From positions 1 to 64,000 of the forward strand of contig JAUCBJ010003564.1 in assembly GCA_032718475.1 (NCBI GenBank): a stretch of 64,000 bases of DNA, written 5' to 3'. The translations under genes and the position numbers were made by a program. This document shows positions 56,401 to 64,000 of this stretch, piece by piece (within the stretch, counting starts at the first letter, position 1; every line of letters starts with the position of its first letter). Below the pieces are notes generated by a model. That model did no database searches and was not told where the DNA came from. It saw nothing but the letters and a program-made list of their open reading frames with translations. Source of the DNA: Nemertoderma westbladi. Its lineage: Eukaryota > Animalia > Xenacoelomorpha.

Positions 56401-59400
56401 CGACCCACATACATACCCCTAGACTCTATCCACCAGCTGTGGTTCCCTCCCCGTTCGACCCACATACATACCCCAAGACTCGATCCACCAGCTGTTGTTC
56501 CCTCCCCGTTCGACCCACATACATACCCCAAGACTCGATCCACCAGCTGTTGTTCCTGTTGTTCCCTCCCCGTTTGTCCCACATACATACCCCTAGACTC
56601 GATCCACCAGCTGTGGTTCCCTCCCCGTTCGACCCACATACATACCCCTAGACCCGATCCACCAGCTGTGGTTCCCTCCCCGTTCGACCCACATACATAC
56701 CCCAAGACTCGATCCACCAGCTGTTGTTCCTGTTGTTCCCTCCCCGTTTGTCCCACATACATACCCCTAGACTCGATCCACCAGCTGTTGTTCCCTCCCC
56801 GTTCGACCCACATACATACCCCTAGACTCGATCCACCAGCTGTTGTTCCCTCCCCGTTCGACCCACATACATACCCCAAGACTCGATCCACCAGCTGTTG
56901 TTCCTGTTGTTCCCTCCCCGTTTGTCCCACATACATACCCCTAGACCCGATCCACCAGCTGTTGTTCCCTCCCCGTTCGACCCACATACATACCCCAAGA
57001 CTCGATCCACCAGCTGTTGTTCCTGTTGTTCCCTCCCCGTTTGTCCCACATACATACCCCAAGACTCGATCCACCAGCTGTTGTTCCTGTTGTTCCCTCC
57101 CCGTTTGTCCCACATTCATACCCCTAGACCCGATCCACCAGCTGTTGTTCCCTCCCCGTTCGACCCACATACATACCCCTAGACTCGATCCACCAGCTGT
57201 TGTTCCTGTTGTTCCCTCCCCGTTTGTCCCACATACATACCCCAAGACTCGATCCACCAGCTGTTGTTCCTGTTGTTCCCTCCCCGTTTGTCCCACATTC
57301 ATACCCCTAGACCCGATCCACCAGCTGTTGTTCCCTCCCCGTTCGACCCACATACATACCCCAAGACTCGATCCACCAGCTGTTGTTCCTGTTGTTCCCT
57401 CCCCGTTTGTCCCACATACATACCCCAAGACTCGATCCACCAGCTGTTGTTCCTGTTGTTCCCTCCCCGTTTGTCCCACATTCATACCCCTAGACGCGAT
57501 CCACCAGCTGTTGTTCCCTCCCCGTTCAACCCACATACATACCCCTAGACCCGATCCACCAGCTGTTGTTCCCTCCCCGTTCGACCCACATACATACCCC
57601 TAGACTCGATCCACCAGCTGTTGTTCCCTCCCCGTTCGACCCACATACATACCCCTAGACTCGATCCACCAGCTGTGGTTCCCTCCCCGTTCGACCCACA
57701 TACATACCCCTAGACCCGATCCACCAGCTGTTGTTCCCTCCCCGTTCGACCCACATACATACCCCTAGACTAGATCCACCAGCTGTTGTTCCTGTTGTTC
57801 CCTCCCCGTTTGTCCCACATACATACCCCTAGACCCGATCCACCAGATGTTGTTCCCTCCCCGTTTGTCCCACATACATACCCCTAGACCCGATCCACCA
57901 GATGTTGTTCCCTCCCCGTTTGTCCCACATACATACCCCTAGACTAGATCCACCAGATGTTGTTCCCTCCCCGTTTGTCCCACATACATACCCCTAGACT
58001 CGATCCACCAGCTGTTGTTCCTGTTGTTCCCTCCCCGTTTGTCCCACATACATACCCCTAGACTAGATCCACCAGCTGTTGTTCCCTCCCCGTTCGACCC
58101 TCATACATACCCCTAGACTCGATCCACCAGTTGTTGTTCCCTCCCCGTTCGACCCACATACATACCCCTAGACTCGATCCACCAGCTGTGGTTCCCTCCC
58201 CGTTTGTCCCACATACATACCCCTAGACCCGATCCACCAGCTGTTGTTCCCTCCCCGTTCGACCCACATACATACCCCTAGACTAGATCCACCAGCTGTT
58301 GTTCCTGTTGTTCCCTCCCCGTTTGTCCCACATACATACCCCTAGACCCGATCCACCAGCTGTTGTTCCCTGCCCGCTCGACCCACATACATACCCCAAG
58401 ACTCGATCCACCAGCTGTTGTTCCCTCCCCGTTCGACCCACATACATACCCCTAGACTAGATCCACCAGCTGTTGTTCCCTGCCCGCTCGACCCACATAC
58501 ATACCCCAAGACTCGATCCACCAGCTGTTGTTCCCTCCCCGTTCGACCCACATACATACCCCTAGACTCGATCCACAAGCTGTTGTTCCTGTTGTTCCCT
58601 CCCCGTTCAACCCACATACATAGCCCTAGACTCGATCCACCAGCTGTTGTTCCCTCCCCGTTCGACCCACATACATACCCCTAGACTAGATCCACCAGCT
58701 GTTGTTCCCTGCCCGCTCGACCCACATACATACCCCAAGACTCGATCCACCAGCTGTTGTTCCCTCCCCGTTCAACCCACATACATACCCCTAGACTCGA
58801 TCCACCAGCTGTTGTTCCCTCCCCGTTCAACCCACATACATACCCCTAGACTCGATCCACCAGCTGTTGTTCCCTCCCCGTTCGACCCACATACATACCC
58901 CTAGACTCGATCCACCAGCTGTAGTTCCTGTTGTTCCCTCCCCGTTCGACCCACATACATACCCCTAGACTCGATCCACCAGATGTTGTTCCCTCCCCGT
59001 TCGACCCACATACATACCCCTAGACTCGATCCACCAGCTGTTGTTCCCTCCCCGTTCGACCCACATACATACCCCTAGACTCGATCCACCAGCTGTTGTT
59101 CCCTCCCCGTTTGTCCCACATACATACCCCTAGACTCGATCCACCAGCTGTTGTTCCCTCCCCGTTTGTCCCACATACATACCCCTAGACCCGATCCACC
59201 AGCTGTGGTTCCCTCCCCGTTTGTCCCACATACATACCCCTAGACTCGATCCACCAGCTGTTGTTCCCTCCCCGTTTGTCCCACATACATACCCCTAGAC
59301 TCGATCCACCAGCTGTTGTTCCCTCCCCGTTCGACCCACATACATACCCCTAGACTAGATCCACCAGCTGTTGTTCCCTCCCCGTTCGACCCACATACAT

Positions 59401-62075
59401 ACCCCTAGACTAGATCCACCAGCTGTTGTTCCCTGCCCGCTCGACCCACATACATACCCCAAGACTCGATCCACCAGCTGTTGTTCCCTCCCCGTTCAAC
59501 CCACATACATACCCCTAGACTCGATCCACCAGCTGTTGTTCCCTCCCCGTTCAACCCACATACATACCCCTAGACTCGATCCACCAGCTGTTGTTCCCTC
59601 CCCGTTCGACCCACATACATACCCCTAGACTCGATCCACCAGCTGTAGTTCCTGTTGTTCCCTCCCCGTTCGACCCACATACATACCCCTAGACTCGATC
59701 CACCAGATGTTGTTCCCTCCCCGTTCGACCCACATACATACCCCTAGACTCGATCCACCAGCTGTTGTTCCCTCCCCGTTCGACCCACATACATACCCCT
59801 AGACTCGATCCACCAGCTGTTGTTCCCTCCCCGTTTGTCCCACATACATACCCCTAGACTCGATCCACCAGCTGTTGTTCCCTCCCCGTTTGTCCCACAT
59901 ACATACCCCTAGACCCGATCCACCAGCTGTGGTTCCCTCCCCGTTTGTCCCACATACATACCCCTAGACTCGATCCACCAGCTGTTGTTCCCTCCCCGTT
60001 TGTCCCACATACATACCCCTAGACTCGATCCACCAGCTGTTGTTCCCTCCCCGTTCGACCCACATACATACCCCTAGACTAGATCCACCAGCTGTTGTTC
60101 CCTCCCCGTTCGACCCACATACATACCCCTAGACTAGATCCACCAGCTGTTGTTCCCTCCCCGTTCGACCCACATACATACCCCTAGACTCGATCCACCA
60201 GCTGTTGTTCCCTCCCCGTTTGTCCCACATACATACCCCTAGACTCGATCCACCAGCTGTTGTTCCCTCCCCGTTTGTCCCACATACATACCCCTAGACC
60301 CGATCCACCAGCTGTGGTTCCCTCCCCGTTTGTCCCACATACATACCCCTAGACTCGATCCACCAGCTGTTGTTCCCTCCCCGTTTGTCCCACATACATA
60401 CCCCTAGACTCGATCCACCAGCTGTTGTTCCCTCCCCGTTCGACCCACATACATACCCCTAGACTAGATCCACCAGCTGTGGTTCCCTCCCCGTTTGTCC
60501 CACATACATACCCCTAGACTCGATCCACCAGCTGTTGTTCCCTCCCCGTTTGTCCCACATACATACCCCTAGACCCGATCCACCAGCTGTGGTTCCCTCC
60601 CCGTTTGTCCCACATACATACCCCTAGACTCGATCCACCAGCTGTTGTTCCCTCCCCGTTTGTCCCACATACATACCCCTAGACTCGATCCACCAGCTGT
60701 TGTTCCCTCCCCGTTCGACCCACATACATACCCCTAGACTAGATCCACCAGCTGTTGTTCCCTCCCCGTTCGACCCTCATACATACCCCTAGACTCGATC
60801 CACCAGCTGTTGTTCCCTCCCCGTTCGACCCACATACATACCCCTAGACTCGATCCACCAGCTGTGGTTCCCTCCCCGTTCGACCCACATACATACCCCT
60901 AGACTAGATCCACCAGCTGTTGTTCCCTCCCCGTTCGACCCACATACATACCCCTAGACTCGATCCACCAGCTGTGGTTCCCTCCCCGTTCGACCCACAT
61001 ACATACCCCTAGACTCGATCCACCAGCTGTTGTTCCCTCCCCGTTTGTCCCACATACATACCCCTAGACTAGATCCACCAGCTGTTGTTCCCTCCCCGTT
61101 CAACCCACATACATACCCCTAGACTCGATCCACCAGCTGTTGTTCCTGTTGTTCCCTCCCCGTTTGTCCCACATACATACCCCTAGACTCGATCCACCAG
61201 CTGTTGTTCCCTCCCCGTTCGACCCACATACATACCCCTAGACTAGATCCACCAGCTGTTGTTCCCTCCCCGTTCAACCCACATACATACCCCTAGACTC
61301 GATCCACCAGCTGTTGTTCCTGTTGTTCCCTCCCCGTTTGTCCCACATACATACCCCTAGACCCGATCCACCAGCTGTGGCTCCCTCCCCGTTCGACCCA
61401 CATACATACCCCTAGACCCGATCCACCAGCTGTGGTTCCCTCCCCGTTCGACCCACATACATACCACTAGACTCGATCCACCAGCTGTTGTTCCCTCCCC
61501 GTTTGTCCCACATACATACCCCTAGACTCGATCCACCAGCTGTTGTTCCCTCCCCGTTCGACCCACATACATACCCCTAGACTAGATCCACCAGCTGTTG
61601 TTCCATCCCCGTTCGACCCACATACATACCCCTAGACTAGATCCACCAGCTGTTGTTTCCTCCCCGTTCGACCCTCATACATACCCCTAGACTCGATCCA
61701 CCAGTTGTTGTTCCCTCCCCGTTCGTCCCACATACATACCCCTAAACTACTAGATCCACCAGCTGTTGTTCCTGTTGTTCCCTCCCCGTTTGTCCCACAT
61801 ACATACCCCTAGACTAGATCCACCAGCTGTTGTTCCCTCCCCGTTCGACCCTCATACATACCCCTAGACTCGATCCACCAGTTGTTGTTCCCTCCCCGTT
61901 CGTCCCACATACATACCCCTAGACCCGATCCACCAGCTGTTGTTCCCTCCCCGTTCGACCCACATACATACCCCTAGACTCGATCCACCAGTTGTTGTTC
62001 CCTCCCCGTTCGTCCCACATACATACCCCTAAACTACTAGATCCACCAGCTGTTGTTCCTGTTGTTCCCTCTCCG
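26497..62075. repeat. 55-bp tandem satellite, right block; the terminal unit overlaps the channel exon
   Basis: Same unit and orientation as the left block; merges into unique coding sequence at gttccctctccg|aagaatct (~62075). Confidence 0.99.
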
Positions 62076-62165
62076 AAGAATCTATCGAAGTTAATCACGT
62101 CGAATACATCGTAAGGAATGCATGCTAACATATCGATAACGAACCAACTCTTCACGTAATTCCAT
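62027..62165 (-). CDS. eag: EAG-family K+ channel exon: S3 and S3-S4 linker; its 3' end is the first unit of the 55-bp satellite
   Basis: Acceptor ttttttttcttattag; the first base completes AG|A (Arg) from the previous exon. (R)WNYVKSWFVIDMLACIPYDVFDVINFDRFFGEGTTGTTAGGSSSLG matches EAG [21 protein letters not shown]. Best donor is GGG|GTATGT (GT at 62026-62025), phase 0. The 3' boundary is inferred. Confidence 0.88.
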
Positions 62166-63241
62166 CTAATAAGAAAAAAAATATCAACCGAATTAAAACT
62201 TCAGTACCATATACTTATTTAGTTAAAACAATATATATATATCAAATATGTTGCTAGTATTACAATGGACAATACTTATTAAATATATAAATATATAGAA
62301 CATACCGGTAATTATAATTATTAAAGTAGAAAATATTGGAAAATAGTATTGGAAAAAATGTTCTCAACGTTTTTTTCCATGTAATACGTAAATTGTATTC
62401 TTAAATTGGTACTTTTTTGTTGCTCAATTCTTTAATAAAATAATAAAATATAGAACGATTTAGTGTTACAAAATAAAATGAACTCTAGTATTTTACTATA
62501 ATGCTTCCATAGTTACTGCGATTTCAATTACTGTACTCTTCAACTCCTGATGCTCGACTGCGTTACTCAATGTTAAATAATTTAGTGTTCTCGAATATTT
62601 ATTACGTAACTAGAGAGCCGCTCAAAAACGTAAACCAATATTGGATTTTGAGTTGATTTTGAGTTTTGAGTTTTGAGTTCGCCTTGCAGACACTAAACTT
62701 CCAATAACTTTTGTGTGTATGCACGGATTTTGCTCAAATTACGTGCAAACATTTTCTACGTCGATGCTCTTTCAACACATGTAATAAATTTTAGGAGAAA
62801 TTCCATCAAAAATATTTTATTTTACCTTTTTCACCGGGAAAAAGTAAAATCAATGCAATCCTATGGGTTACTTTTTCCCTAGTGTAAAAAGTGCAACTTT
62901 TTCTCCCGTTTTTGGGGTATATTCGAGCGAAAAAGTAATAATTTAAGAATAAAATATTTTTGATAGAATTTCTTAAATGTTATTAAATGTGTTGAAACAG
63001 CATCGAAGTAGAAATCTTTGCAAGTCTTTTCAATATATTTTGTAACACTATATCGCTATCTATCTATGTAACACTATCTCGACGCTTTATTAACTGGCGC
63101 TTGGTAAATAAAATGCATCGAGAATAGTGAATAAAGTTTTACTTTTTTTCCAATATAATAAATAATTAATTATTTCACCAAAACATTTTATTATGTGCGT
63201 AAATCTGAATATATTTAGATAATTAAGTAAAAATAATTAAC
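62166..63241 (-). other. Phase-2 intron (~1.08 kb), AT-rich
   Basis: GT at 63241-63240 and AG at 62167-62166 join two EAG exons in frame (PKLIR-WNY). Confidence 0.9.
62741..63025. mobile_element. MITE-like element with ~80-bp imperfect inverted repeats
   Basis: 62741-62822 (tgcaaacattttctacgtcgatgctctttcaacacat...catcaaaaatattttatt) is the approximate reverse complement of 62948-63025 (aataaaatatttttgatag...atgtgttgaaacagcatcgaagtagaaatctttgca). No TSD identified. Confidence 0.6.
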
Positions 63242-63396
63242 CTTATTAATTTAGGATCCGATATAACTTCTTCTAATGCACCAACGTATGTTGTGTGAAA
63301 GTTTAGCACTATGTCAATAAAGAATATTAAATCGATGACACAATTTGTCACAAAGAATGTGAGAGCGACTCGGTTTTTATAAATATTATTTGTGTC
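63242..63396 (-). CDS. eag: EAG-family (Kv10/KCNH1/5-like) K+ channel exon: S1-S2 linker, S2 and S2-S3 linker
   Basis: Manual translation [51 protein letters not shown](R) matches the EAG motif [23 protein letters not shown]. Acceptor tttttccctccacag, donor AG|gttaat; 155 nt, ends in phase 2. Confidence 0.93.
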
Positions 63397-63422
63397 CTGT
63401 GGAGGGAAAAATAAAAATAATT

Positions 63423-64000
63423 AGATACCGGTACACTAATGTATGATAAACTTACACTGAAATCAGACACCGGTACACTAATGTATGCTAAACTTACACT
63501 AAAATCAGATACCGGTACTCTAATGTATGCTAAACTTACACTGAAATCAGGTACCGGTACCCTACACTAATGTATGCTAAACTTACACTGAAATCAGATA
63601 CCGGTACACTAATGTATGCTAAACTTACACTAAAATCAGATACCGGTACTCTAATGTATGCTAAACTTACACTGAAATCAGGTACCGGTACCCTACACTA
63701 ATGCATGCTAAACTTACACTGAAATCATATACCGGTACACTAATGTATGCTAAACTTACACTAAAGTCAGATACCGGTACACTAATGTATGCTAAACTTA
63801 CACTGAAATCAGATACCGGTACACTAATGTATGCTAAACTTACACTGAAATCAGATACCGGTACACTAATGTATGCTAAACTTACACTGAAATCAGATAC
63901 CGGTACACTAATGTATGCTAAACTTACACTGAAATCAGATACCAGTACACTGATGTATGCTAAACTTACACTGAAATCAGATACCGGTACACTGATGTAT
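63423..64000. repeat. 42-bp minisatellite (runs off the window end), ~25 bp from the S2 exon acceptor
   Basis: Unit agataccggtacactaatgtatgctaaacttacactgaaatc; two 47-bp variants near 63551 and 63682 give a 131-bp higher-order period. Confidence 0.97.

Larger units (their letters stand above)
3712..62026 (-). other. Giant phase-0 intron (~58.3 kb) between the S3 and S4 exons, almost entirely repeats
   Basis: GTATGT...CCAG boundaries. The spliced junction SLG|VADAFSTLK aligns with EAG [12 protein letters not shown]. Unique sequence is limited to ~6950-7056 and a few bases at the acceptor. Confidence 0.82.

Noticed and set aside
7057-62026. Dozens of Pro-rich or Gly/Trp-rich ORFs, including the 448-aa and 431-aa ORFs at 56241-57603
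   Set aside because: They are translations of the 55/64-bp satellite that stay open where ccaag variants remove the TAG. Only the terminal unit has support as coding.
7057-62026. Recursive splice (AG|GT) sites in each unit
   Set aside because: The unit reads TAG-GG-GT rather than AGGT, and the upstream sequence is purine-rich with no polypyrimidine tract.
7057-62075. CRISPR-like regular repeat array next to an RT gene
   Set aside because: There are no unique spacers and no cas genes; the context is a spliced eukaryotic gene and the RT is a LINE ORF2.

Overview
Eukaryotic (animal-like) genomic DNA, about 90% tandem repeat. It contains three minus-strand exons of an EAG-type (Kv10/KCNH) voltage-gated potassium channel gene: 63396-63242 (S2), 62165-62027 (S3 and S3-S4 linker) and 3711-3554 (S4-S5). 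The exons join in frame with GT-AG boundaries. The S3/S4 intron is about 58.3 kb and has only ~0.1 kb of unique sequence; the rest is a ~55 kb array of a 55-bp satellite (about 900 units, estimated from length), a 27-bp minisatellite and one 5'-truncated LINE with an intact ORF. The main observation is that the 55-bp unit is a tandem copy of the exon/intron junction: the last ~12 codons of the exon (GEGTTAGGSSLG), the GTATGT donor and ~19 nt of intron. The first unit supplies the exon end and is followed by hundreds of donor copies. The recurrent length variants are multiples of 3 and many common SNVs are synonymous in the exon frame. The channel also has a one-residue insertion in S4. Other features are 63-bp and 42-bp minisatellites, an orientation switch at a palindrome beside a tRNA-derived fragment, and a MITE-like inverted repeat. 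Nearly all ORFs in the supplied track are translations of repeats.
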